This document shows positions 35,927 to 48,420 of a DNA stretch of 63,132 bases, one piece after another (the stretch's first letter is position 1; the number at the start of each line of letters is the position of its first letter). Source of the DNA: Catajapyx aquilonaris (taxonomy: Eukaryota); assembly GCA_000934665.2 (NCBI GenBank), contig KZ538545.1:1-63132 (forward strand), given 5' to 3'. The position numbers and the translations under genes are program-made. A model generated the notes under the pieces. The model searched no databases. It was not told the DNA's origin and saw only the letters and a program-made list of their open reading frames with translations.

Positions 35927-37072
35927 ATAGCCATTCAAATGACAGGGAGTAACTGATTAATAAGCAGCAAATGCTGTCCTTCCAACTGCTAATTTTATGA
36001 GCTACTGGTCTGGTTATTTAATAGTTATGAGAATGATAGCTGCTTATTAATCAGTTACTCCCGGTCATTTTAATGGCCATAAGAACGATAGCTGCTTATT
36101 TTATCAGCTACTGGTCTAGTTATTTTTAACAGCTATGAAAATGATAGCTGCTTAGTTTATCGCGGTTACTTCCATGGTTATTTTAAATAGTTTCTGAAAC
36201 TGTTGGTTGCTAATTTCATCAGTTACTTTGTATAGTTAATAGTTATGGGTGATAGCTGCTTATTTTGATCAGCTGGTCTGGTTATTTTTAATAGCTATGA
36301 AAATGATAGCTACTTATTTTATCGGTTACTTCCATGGTTATTTTAAATAGTTTCTGAAACTGTTGGTTGCTAATTTCATCAGTTACAATGTCTAGTTAAT
36401 AGTTATGGGTGATAGCTGCTTATTTTGATCAGCTGGTCTGGTTATTTTTAATAGCTATAAAAATGATAGCTGCTTATTTTATCAGTTACTTCTGTGGTTA
36501 TTTCTAAAGCTATGAAAATGATATCTGCTTATTTTATCGGTTACTTCTGTGGTTATTTCTAATGGCTATGAAAATGATAGCTGCTTATTTTATCGGTTAC
36601 TTCCATGGTTATTTTAAATAGTTTCCGAAACTGTTGGTTGCTAATTTCATCAGTTACTTTGTATAGTTAATAGTTATGGGTGATAGCTGCTTATTTTGAT
36701 CAGCTGGTCTGGTTATTTTTAATAGCCATGAAAATTATAGCTGCTTATTTTATCGGTTACTTCTGTGGTTATTTTGAAATAGTTATGAAATTGTTGGCTG
36801 CTAATTTCATCAGCTACTTTGTCTAATTAATAGTTATGGGTGATAGCTGCTTTATTTTATCAGTTACTCCTGGTCATTTTAATAGCTATGAAAATGATAG
36901 CTGCCTATTTTATCAGCTACTGGTGTGGTTATTTCTAATAGCTACGAAATGGTTGGATGCTAATTTAATCGGTTACTTTTGTCTAGTTAATAGTTATGTG
37001 TGATAGCTGCTTATTTTATAAGTTACTTTTTCTGGTTATTTCAATATAGTTATTAAGAATGTTGGTTAGTAT
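35927..37072. repeat. AT-rich minisatellite, ~53-55-bp monomer, ~20 copies, partly organised as a 160-bp trimeric higher-order repeat, with an inverted monomer at the left end
   Basis: Recurrent gatagctgcttattttatcagttact...ggttattt..aatagctatgaaaat; near-identical blocks 160 bp apart (36171 vs 36331; 36251 vs 36411); 35927-35968 is the near-perfect reverse complement of 36039-36080. Confidence 0.9.
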
Positions 37073-37079
37073 ACTATTA

Positions 37080-37900
37080 GGTTGCGCCTATCTCGCCAGT
37101 AGATGGCTCCACCAGTGTTGCACGTTGCCTCCTCTGGGCCACACCTCCTCCTCCTTTCCCTCCCCCCTCCCCGCCATAATGCACCACTGGTGGGGAGGCC
37201 CGAAGGGAAGGGAGGAGGGGCAGCCTCTCTAGTCGGGAATCAGTCTGACTCGGATCGCCCTGTTCGCCTCTTTGGCGCTCGTTCGTTCGTTCTGGTTCTA
37301 CCCACCCTCCTCCACACCCCACCACCACCACCGCCACCCTCCCTCCCTCACTGGCGGCCATCTTGGATTCGAACCTTTTCTCCCTTCCTTCTACAACAGT
37401 GTTCCAAACAATGCTCAGGTAGCATAACCACATTAACACGCACACACACATTGTTGCGGCGGTTGGGGCTGCTGCACCTCCCTGGTGGTGTGTGTATTGT
37501 CGAGGGTGTGGAAACCAGGGACTCCTCTTTGGTGGAGGGCCAAATGATGCAGGGGATGTGCGAGTGAGAAGAGAGAGATAGAGAGAGAGAGAGAGAGGAT
37601 GCGGGTCCAGAGGCGGGCGCCCGTGTGGTCGTGGTGGGTGAGGTAGGTCCCACATTGGCCTGGCCCAGCCTGCCCCTGCAGCACCCACACACATTGTTGG
37701 AGAGGATTGTTGAAGTGGTGAAGTGAGACGCAGAGAGAGAGAGAGAGAGGGGGAGAGACTCCGGTGAGGATATAGCAGGACAGTGCAAAAAGGATGGCGC
37801 CTAGGGGGAACATGGGTTCCAGGAGCATCCCGGCAGACAAGGTACAGTAGACGGAGGAACCAGGTGCCGTTGGGGCTGGTACACACAGCGCTGAGTGAAC
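37080..37900 (+). promoter_or_regulatory. GC-rich promoter / first-exon-like island of an unidentified gene
   Basis: Abrupt GC rise, YY1-like GGCGGCCATCTTGG (37353-37366), (GA)n tracts (~37565-37598, ~37732-37750), CTCF-like CCAGTAGATGGC (37096-37107), candidate ATG in aggATGg context at 37794 followed by AAG|gtacag at 37841. Orientation inferred, not proven. Confidence 0.45.
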
Positions 37901-40900
37901 TGCGGCGACAGGGCTCAAAAGAGTTGCCAGCATTGTTGTTGCTGCACACAGAATGCATCCATGTTGACACACAATAAGTGTGTGTTGCTAGGGTGGCGGT
38001 ACTGTGCCTCGCTCCAAAGTAGTGGATTGCTATGGCTCGATAAGATTCATTCTGACAAAATATTATGCTCAGTTCCTTAATTTTGCACAAAAATTCAACA
38101 CTGAATCAGTTTCCATTATGTGCAACAGACGTCATTTCTGTAGCACAAGGGAAAATGTTCCAGTCCACTGTAGTAGCAGGGTACAGTATCGCTAATGGAG
38201 AGCAAGACACCCTATCTGATTGTATGTCAACAGTGATGCCACCAAGCAATGTAATTTTTGCAGGGAAATTCATGTTGACATGCATCCAGTTGTGTTTCTG
38301 TATTGCAGAGTGTTGTGCAAACAGATAATAGTTTCCTCAGTGCTGTGTAAATAAAACCTTAGGATCCGATATAACATTTTATTCTGCTCTGGGGCTGGAT
38401 TTGCAAATGGGTGCAAGATAAAGATGCATAATGCAGGTTGTTTGCTAGTTACAGTAAAAAGTGGATAGCAGAGTTGCTCCAGTCTGCAAAAAAGTACTGA
38501 ACCAGTTCCTGTTATACATGGAAGAAATACATTGAAAATTCAGAGATTCAGATGCGTAATGGAAAAGTTTCTGCTGCATTCAAGGTCTGTTAAAGGCAAG
38601 TTTGTTGTTATCATTGCAATCAACAACATGCAACCCACATTACAACACACACCTTATTTTGCACCTGTTTGCAAATCTGTCCCAAGTTACAGGCGCAGTA
38701 TTTGTTAAAGCAAGGCCTAATGTTACGAGCATGTCTCAAGGTAAAGCCTCGATCACATGTGACTTGGGGCCGCATGTGATTGACAGCAGTCCCAAATCAG
38801 TTTGAAATAGCGTAGTCCACCTGCGTACTCTTCCGTTACATAAGTGTCTTAAAACCACTCAGGACTGTTGTATGTACTGTAAGAGTACACAGTATGATTG
38901 TGAATGGGAGGTAGTATGAGCTCCATAATTGAAGAGTAAAGGTTATATGTTTGCACTGCAGGTGGTAGTGCTGATTGTTCCATTCCAATGCCACTCACCA
39001 ATCAGTGCCCTTATTTTGTTGACTGGTAATGGTCCCAGTGCCATCAGCAAAACATAGTGATGATTGGTTAATGGAACCATTACAGAAATGGTGTCACTAG
39101 TGTAGACCACTGAGGTGGTGTGAAGCTGCAGGTAATGCATACTGATAGCAAAAACCTGACACATTACTGGGTATACAGGCAAGGTGGATCGAGAGGTACA
39201 AAGCGCATTTTAAATTGACGTAACATTAGCAGCAGCACTTGGTCAAGTGACATAGGCAATGGAGAGGAGTTATTGCATGGTGTGCTTGTACGTGAGCGTT
39301 AAATGTTGCACATTACTCGTGTCATGAGCTAAATTTTTTAGTAATGGAGCAAAGGCAGTGTGTAACCAATCTGCTATTTACTGAACCTACCTAGCTGAGG
39401 TGCTGCTCTGGAGTTTACTATTAATGTCAAAGCCTTTTCATGTGAACTGTACAGCACAAGACTATAGAGCATGGGTGTGATGTGGTACAGATGATGCTAA
39501 AAGCAATAACCCAGTTTCGTAGGAGGCAATTGAATTATCTGGGCACCACTTAGCTGTATGATTTTGAGAAAAGGCTTGGATTATATCAAGTGAGTAATCC
39601 CAGAGCATAGTAGCAGTTGTAACCGTTACAGTTCATTAGTGGAAGTGCAGTTCATGTGCAGCTGATGAAGAACTTTTATGGGTTGAAGTGTTAAAGTTTC
39701 TGAAATGGTTGAATTACCAACTACTACAGGTTTGTGTTGAGTAGTACAGGAAAGTCAGGATTAGTGCTGTCATTTGCCTATGCCAATACACACGTATATG
39801 AAATTAATTCGTCAAAAATACAATGGAGGTACTATAACAGAACTAAATTATTTTTTAAATGATTGTTCGGTGACAGTTGATTCTTATATGAACATTTAAA
39901 GCCTATTTCTGCCATTTTATATCTCTCCCTCGTGTTTACTGTTTCGCAAAATGTGTTTGTGTACTTTATGAGCCGTGTTTGCTGCCACCCAGATGTTGTG
40001 CTGCTCTGCAAGGCCAATTGGATATGCATGTTATTGTTTGTAACACATGCCATCTAGCTGTGCCCTGCACGGAAATTACAATATATGTGTGTGGGTCACG
40101 GCTTTTGTTCTTTCTGGAATTCATGCCAAAATTGGCAGTGCAGCTTCTGGCAGAGTATAAGCCGAATTGTCTTCATTCTTCCTAAAATATATTATGTACG
40201 TAACGAATACAATTGAATGGTTCATACTGATTGTGTTTGCTTAAGTAGGTGCAGGAGATATGCTGTGTATCCCAGACCTGACACAACTTATCGGTCATAC
40301 AGGGACATGTACTGAGCCAAGTATTGAGCTTATACTTGAGTCATAGTGATGTCAAAATACATGTTAAAGTGTTATATTCACTGCATGAGTCAACTGTTAG
40401 ACGTATTGCTATTGTATCGCTCAATTGTTTAGAAAGAAGCAACGAGCCCTATTTTATTTTCACACCTGAATACTCGTAGAACAAATTTACTGCTTCTGTG
40501 GCGCAACATTAGCTCGTAATCAGCACGTTTTGAATTCTGCGTCACACATTGTCAGGGATTTGTAAAAGCTGTGTATTGTATTGAGAACCTCTTCTAGCTG
40601 CTTATGAAGGTGTGCGCAGGTGCCACTGTGTGTCGGCTGCTTTGTCGTGTGTAGGATTTCATATGTTCAAACTTTTTGGGCGTGCCAAGTATAACCTGAC
40701 CTTGCATCTGCAAAGAGGACTATTTTCAAAATCTCCCATTTTTTTTCTCGAAGCCCTTGAAGTCATTTCTCTCCAAGAATAATTCGCAAAGAGCACTGAA
40801 CCAGCTGCGAGGCTTAAATCATGCCTGACCATGCTCAGTCGGTGCAAGTCACTCACCTTTTTTTTTTGCAATGCACAAAGAGACAGCAGATATGCACAGC

Positions 40901-42818
40901 ACCCTAATAAAAAATGAAGCCAGCAGTAATGATGCCAGGGGTATTCTGAATGCAAGCATGTCAGACAAAAGACGTGTGCGCGGTACAGAAGCATGTCTTT
41001 GACCTACACATCAATGGAGCCAGCACCTATAAACAGCCCTTTATCGTCCTTGTTAAAATATGCCATGATAACATTCAGGAACGGCGAGAGATAATACAAT
41101 CCAGCAGCCCTGCAAACTCCGTCGTACTCACCTATATTATTAACGCGGTTTTGAGGCTACAATGCATTGTGCCCACTGTAAACTCGTGTAATATTCAGTT
41201 AGAATGTATACCAACACGAGTCTCACTGAATCTATTTTTTCCCCTTTAGATCGAACCGAGACCCAGGGCGTACTGTACTGTAGGTCGCAAAGTTTTGTGC
41301 AACGTTCGTCTCCTTGACGACCTAGGAAGCAAAAAGGCGTGATTCGCACAGGCTCTACGATGCTTTTCCTAGTTTTCCAGAGCATCCTTTGAGAGACCCT
41401 TTGAGGGCGAACTTGCTTTTGCAATCCAGTGCAGCGCACATATTGGCGACTTGACAATAGAGCGCTTAAAATAATTACTGGGTCAGCAGGTGATTAAGCG
41501 TGTTTAATGACATCTCCCCCTCCCCCCCCCTCCCCTTTCACTCTCTCATAAATCCGATGTGGGTTACTAGAATTGTCAGTCATTGCCTTGGCATCCGGTT
41601 GATGATGCGTTTCGGCAGGGTGAACATTGTCTTTTTGTGTGCGCATCGGCCATGTGCAGTAGGTATCGCTGACTGCACAGTTTTTGTTTTTGGCGAGCAG
41701 GTGCATGCAGGTGGAAATTGGACGGGGGATGCAATTATCTAAAGTAGTGAGGGCTAATTGATTAGTGGCAGGGAGACAATCGCATTGGCTTTTTTTTTTC
41801 GAGGGAGTAAATAAATGATAGGTGCGTTTATGACCGGCGCTTTGCCCTGTGCGCAATGCCCGTAATGACATAATGACATTTAATTAATTCGTTTCCAGCA
41901 GGGCATTTATTTGCGCATTTATTATTTCGCGAATTTTAATATGGCAGGTGAGCCGACACGCCGCTTCCTCGCCTGCATAATGCTGGTGGACGATTCATTC
42001 TTCCTTATTAACCCTTGATAGCTTTATCACCGAAGATAGAGGAGCCGACAGTTAATTCGCCATTAATCACACACCCAATTTTTTTGTTGCATAATACCGA
42101 GGGAAATGGTACATGCGACAGTGACGTTAGCGAATGGGACAGGAATTTTGGTTGGAGGATAGGAAATGAAACCCGCTTTACGATTGCTGCTATCAGGAAG
42201 CGTGTAAGAAATGAAATGGGCTGGTTCCCCCCCCCCCCCCCCCNCCCCCCCCCTCACCAATCCAACCCTCCCCAAAATTCCAGGCTGTTATTTGGGAAGG
42301 GGGCAGGGCTGATAATAAAGCCGTAGATTGCGCCCCGAATTTTCGGTTAGTGGTCATGCTTGGTGACAATTACCGTCCGGCTGTGTCATGACGGGGGCAG
42401 AGCATTTTAAGGATGCTAATCAGAATCGATGTGATTAAGGCCAACAGCTTCATCTTTTTTTGTTCAGGTGGAGGCGGGCAGAAGGGATAAACCTTCAAAG
42501 AATTTGTGGCAGACGCGGATTTTCTGGCAGGATTAAGAGACATAATTAGAAGTGGAAACTGCGCCTTTTTGAATCTGCCAAGGTCCATCGATCTGTACTC
42601 GAAGACGGCAAAAATCGACTTTTCTGACAGATTGGGGCCGAACAATTTTATCGGGCGGCGGGTAAGAAACGACATATTAAAAGCACCTCACTGTTTCGGT
42701 ATAAATAATTCATGAGGACCTTAATGGAGCTCATTGCCGGCATTCAAATTAGGGCCACTGTCATTCCGATCCATCGTCGCTAATCATTTGGCGATAGGCG
42801 CCAGGGATTTTTTATTTT

Positions 42819-42833
42819 NNNNNNNNNNNNNNN
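42819..42833. other. Assembly gap (15 N); single N also at 42244 within a poly-C run
   Basis: N characters in the sequence. Confidence 0.99.
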
Positions 42834-45800
42834 GGGCGTTGCATAGCCGAATTGTGCATGTTGCATTTATAGCTCTCTGTCTGCAATACAAAAGCTGTGG
42901 TGGTCTAAAAAAGAGAAATAATTGCAGTTTGAATTGCGAGGGGGTTGGCAAAATCGGCAACAGGGACATGGGACCGGTTCAATTTTGAGGCCCAACACAC
43001 GCCCAACAACTCCCATTCCTCCTTATTGCAATGATAATTTTTGGCACGGTGACCAGTAATGATGGAAATTACAGCATATTGGTTTATCGTGTGTTTTGCA
43101 TGTCCATGTAATCGAATTGCGCCGGCAGTCCGCGGCCATCCAGCGGGGGTGGTGGGGGAAAGAGGCTGAAAAGCACTGTGCATATGGCGTGAGTGGCGAA
43201 TTAAGCAGGGGAACAGAGTTTTGCAGAGGGCTAATAATTATTCGAGGGTGTGATCAAAAGAGCCATTTAAGGGCTGAGCTGTATAAACAAGCGAAAAAGG
43301 ACGCGAGGGAGAGAAAAAAGTTCGAAAATGGTGCCTGGTCCCGCAGTAACAAGGTTTCTGTTCTGCACGTTCGAGCATCGGAAACGGTTCGCGTGCATGG
43401 TGACGCATGGAGGACATACGCCATGTTTGATTACCTATTCCGCCGCCTGGCGAGTTACTCAGGTGTCACTGCATGCATATATCCTGCAAGGTAAACTGGT
43501 AATTATTCCCACACAGTATGGCGCTCACATGCGGATATTGATGTTGCACCCGGTGCTCCGGTCGAAAAATTGTTGAAGTCATCCTGTCGACGAGTGGAAA
43601 TTTCACACTAGAGAAGGCAGCCTGGTTTCCAGGTTTGGATGTCGAGGGTGGGATAGCCCGCAAAAAAAAAAAAAAAGAGGATCCTGGGAAGAATGCAGCA
43701 GGCCCATGCTTGAAGCTGTCAGTACGGTCTCTATCTTAATTTGCCGTCGAAAGGATGAAGACTGCACGTTACTTTGCATCCCCGTAATTAAAACTGGTGG
43801 AATGGCGCAGGCTTGGCACTTGCCAAAAAAGAAAAGGGAAGGGGGTAAGGGGGGGTTATATATGCATATAAAAAGCCGGGGCAAGTCACGCCTAGTCTAT
43901 CTCTTGAACGTTTTTGGCTGTCGGGTTCATACCGTGGCGTTAGTGAGGCGTGGTATATATGGCACCCCATCCCCTTGTGCACCAGAAAAAACAATCACAA
44001 CCTACTCGGGAAAGACCCCATTCGACATGACCTCCATTTTTTGGGAGCTCTAGTTTGGCAGAATAAGCAGGAGATTGTCATTTCCAGGACAATGCAGGTG
44101 CCAGAACTGATCGGATGTGGTGCCAGATCTGCAAAGGTGGGGATGGAATAACAACAACGGGGGAGGATGCTCTGAAACCACCCAACCAGTCCACCCCATT
44201 TCCAACCCACTCTAAAAATGCACTGTTTTGTGAGCACAAAGTTACGGTGTAAACTAATTAATCCGTGGCAGTGGCTCGTGCCTGTAATCAGCTTTTGCAG
44301 GGCTTTGAAAAATTAGTTTTGCAGCGCAACAATGGCATTGTTTTGGGTATTAGTCCGCCCCCTGCATTCGGACTGTGGCAGAGGCGTAATCTCGTGTACG
44401 TTTCTTACCTACATTTCCGTCACGTTCGGCGGACGCGACGAGAATTGGAAATGCGTTCGAATTACTATAGTCTTTGCTGTGGCTTACTAACCAGAATCTC
44501 TTTCACCTACAGTCCAATAATCGATAGGTTCACTCACTCACTTTTTTTTATAAAAAAACTACCAGAGTTGGAGGTAATCACTTTGGGAATTCACTGCACG
44601 TTTCGACGGGAATCCAGGGTAGTCTCGGGGAATCCTACCAACTAACTGGTAAACCCTCCGAAATCCACATAATTCAGCAGGAGTTCTTGAGGAATGAAAC
44701 TACAAAGTTTTGGTACCAACTTGTATAGCAATTAAGTTGGCGACGGGATGTCCCACTATATACTATAGTAAGAAGCACTGTACACGTAATTGTTTGGACA
44801 TGTTGGTAACTAAATGGATCTGAAGCTCCAGTGCCAGTGTTTATACCGGGAGAGAAGGCACACTGTTTGCAACACTTTCATTTTCGTTCAGTAATTAGGC
44901 GTGTTCAAATATACTTTATGCGAAAGCTAGTAACGTACAGTACACGCGGTTACACTCTCCTGCACGCCAATTGTAAGGTACGAAATTACAGACAGGCCCG
45001 TATCATGCTTGTATCAATAACCAATGTTCGAAACACTTTTTTTCTTCCCGAGTGCATTTTGTAAAAAGACTCGTGGTTCTGTATATTTTTCGTGTACGGA
45101 CTTACGCAACGGTGCCGTTTCAGTGCGCATTGTGATTGACTCCACGGTTGAGGTATTAGCAATATGCAATTTGTTACTGAAGGCTGGTGTAGCAAGACCC
45201 CTGGGGAAAAACTATTTAGCATTTTATTGGTCGTGTGGAGGTGATGGAAGAAGTGCGGACGACGTAATGGATGGCAGGGATCTGCTCGCAAAACATGGAT
45301 GGCGTCAAGTGCTGGGGAAGGCGATCGAAACGGAGCAAGTAAAAGACGCCAGTCAGGTTGCCGAGGAAATTGACTTGGGCCCATTTCGACATGTTTGGGA
45401 CTCCCCCCCACTTTTCCTATATACCCACCCAGCACTACAGCTACGGGACCAGATCGAAGTGTTCACACTAAACTTATAATGTGGGTGCTGGAATCGCGCC
45501 CTGTGATAAAAGGTTTCCGCGAAACAATCGAATCGAGGTGGACATGGCAACCCCCATATGAGGTTCGTTTGCCCTCGGTCACCCAGGGGTTTATACACGT
45601 TTGTCAGGCACACAGTAATAATGCAGTACGAACTTCTACCGTGCAAAACCATATACTGTGCATTGGCCCGTCTGGCTGGCCAGACTGCAAAAATATTGAC
45701 CATGCCTGCTGTGCGTCCTTCATCTCCATTAATAGTGGAACAAGTAAGTATATCGGGGGCCGCTTTATACGGATAAGGCTAATATGGCTGGGACCTTGCA

Positions 45801-48396
45801 GAGAGAGGCCCGCTTCTGCTCGACCAAAATTTCGTGCTGGGTCTTATCGGGGGTACGGTGCGGATGTGGTGTTTGCAAGTGTCGTAATGTGTTGACATGG
45901 GGCGACTCCTCCTCATTTTCTCTTCGACCGCTTCCCCTTCTCCTTTCCCCCTGATTTTCCCCTTATCTTGGCTCATTATTGCGTAGCCTGCAGTCACCTC
46001 CCCGTTTATTCTAATGTTGAGCTTGAAAAAGTGGATGTGGAGATCGATAGACCTTTCCCCGACGCGTAGCCTCTTCGGGGGTTGCCAAAAGTCGGCTACA
46101 TCATCCGGTCCTTCCTTCCGTACAGTTGCGTTTACCAACGTCAAGATGGCGCTTACATCGTTGGGTGTGTACGAAGAGGACGCCATCTGTGTCGCGTGCG
46201 GTCTGTGTTTTTTTGTGTGTGTGTGTGTGGCATCGATTTGTGGACAATACAATAAGATGCGATCCTGCTTTTCGGGACTGGACAAGTTGGCCCCTACTCG
46301 AAAATGGCCAGTGTCCAAAAATGTTGTGGGAGGGTAAATCAATAGCCATTCACATTGATTCCGTGATTCGTCGGCGGGTTTGAATGGGTCGGGAATAGCG
46401 TGGGTATACGGACTCGATTTATTCATGCATTCTGCTGCACGTGACGGAGCTAATCTATAAGAAAAGTAATGGGAATAATAGGCAGGGTGGTCGTAATGAG
46501 CATGGTATGGCAATAGAAGGGCAAACAAATGGGAAGAACCAGGGGCAGAGTTACGTAATTGAGTCATGGCTACTGTAATGTGGAATGCCTGGCCACAAAT
46601 AGTGACGTGTGATTCATATGGGATATATGCAAATATGTGAGACTCCGCATTAATTGCGAGAATTTGCAGCGTAATCGTGTCAAGAGCGGTTGTGTTGTTC
46701 TCACCATGACTCTTTAAGCAACCACGTGACCACCCTCAATGAAGTAAGCAATTGCGCGTAGTGTATGGCCCTCCCCCAGCGTGGTTTTTCCTGGTGGTGG
46801 TCGGCTCGGAAAAATAATTACACTGTTCTCTAACCTTGACAAGTGGTAGTAGTGACCTTCAGACCCTGATCTTCATCTCGGGGCCTATTATTTCCCTGAG
46901 AGTTTTGGACCTATTTTGAGTCGATCGCATTTTTCGTGTCGGCAATATCGCGTGTTTTACTATTCCCCCTCCTCTCTCTACCATTTTCTGTATGGGCTGG
47001 TGGGAAGGTTTGGAAAAATTTATTACTAAAATGCTTTCAAAGGATTTCTTATGGGGGAGGGAGATCCTTTGGCAGAGGAAATTACTTAAGTGCTACTATT
47101 CTCACGAGGAAGGGTGAAAATCAACATCTTTGAGGGTACTTAAGTCGCCCTCATTTTTTTTATTATGCGTCAGCTCATAAACATGAGTATATTTTTTGCA
47201 GGGTGAAAGGGGGGGGGGGGGTTCTCATTCATAGAGTCAAGTGGTTGTTCACCTCATGTGTAGTTGGGACAGAGCCGAAAGACATGGCTACTTCCAACTT
47301 TAGACAAGCTAATGATTTGGGCCATTGAAAGAAAAAGGTCCAGTCGCTAATTGGCGCTTAGTTTGCTAATTAGAGAGGATGATGTTCATGCAAGAATAAT
47401 CCTCGGCGCGTATTCCGGTATTGTAGTTTTTGATAAAACAGTGACCGCGGCGAATTGTAAACCAAGTCAGCTGAAGTAGCCACCTGTTTGACGTATACGT
47501 ACACACATTAATTGCCATGTTTTTTTGTCGCACGAGCGTTACGTGCTAATTTAATTGGTAGCTGGAGAAGGGTTTTGCTGTGAAATTACAGCATTTCAAA
47601 ACTTTCGCAGGTTTTGCGTGCCGCGGTGTTGTTTTGTCCTCCAGGGTAATTAGTTTTGTATTGGTTGCCTTTGTTGTGTTATTCGGATTATGTGTGTGTG
47701 CGGAGAGGCTGCGTATGCACTGAGGATAAAGGAATGGGCGTGGCATCATTTTGCTGAAGCTACTCACCGGTTCGAGCTTTTGTTACCCAGCGTTTAGTAA
47801 CCACCTTTGTTAATTGAAATAAAAGTGATCGAACTGAACCATGTAAAGGACTATGTTGATGCAATTTCATTAGCTTTTGCTTGATAGAAGTGCAATCGTG
47901 TGAAGAGGCCAGTGAAGAACGTCATTATAATATAACTAACAAATTCGGCTCTCTTGATTCCCAAAATAATATCCGCTGGTGACACGCACGTCACACAGCG
48001 ACAGTTGTCCATTTATTAGTAACCATGTTGTGTCGTGTAGGGCTCGTTGTATAGGGAGTGGATTTATTTACTTAGTTATTACTACTTGACGTGCACGAAG
48101 ATACTATTTTTGTGTCCTGGACAGGTCTTTTTGGGCATTACAATCAGGTTCGTATGGTTGCCCATCCTGAACTGGGCAAACAAAACTATATGATGTAGCT
48201 GCAGTGCGTTATAAGGCCGTCACGCATGCAGTCGTTTGGGGCATTTTCTTCTGGCTCCCTTTGTGTTGCCACTGGAGAAAAGTTGTTGATTGACCCTTCC
48301 ACTGCAACGATCTTCATGCAATAAGGCTGAAAGCGAAAGCAGCAAGAAGCCCCCGGAATAAAGAAGATCTCATAACGGGAGCTTATTCTGGGGAAG

Positions 48397-48420
48397 CTCT
48401 CTCTCTCTCTCTCTCTCTCT
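48397..48420. repeat. (CT)n microsatellite
   Basis: About 12 CT units seen directly. Confidence 0.85.

Noticed and set aside
35927..37072. Repeat array as CRISPR or coding repeat
   Set aside because: Inter-motif sequences are themselves repeated; no ORF; plain minisatellite.
37077..38090. 337-aa minus-strand ORF
   Set aside because: Low complexity, runs through (CT)n and (GT)n tracts, overlapped by other long ORFs; expected from GC-rich promoter DNA. An internal AAGATGGCC start cannot be fully excluded.
45779..46567. 262-aa minus-strand ORF (similarly 58445-59179, 45395-45895, 3174-3666)
   Set aside because: No recognisable domain, includes simple repeats, no supporting splice structure.
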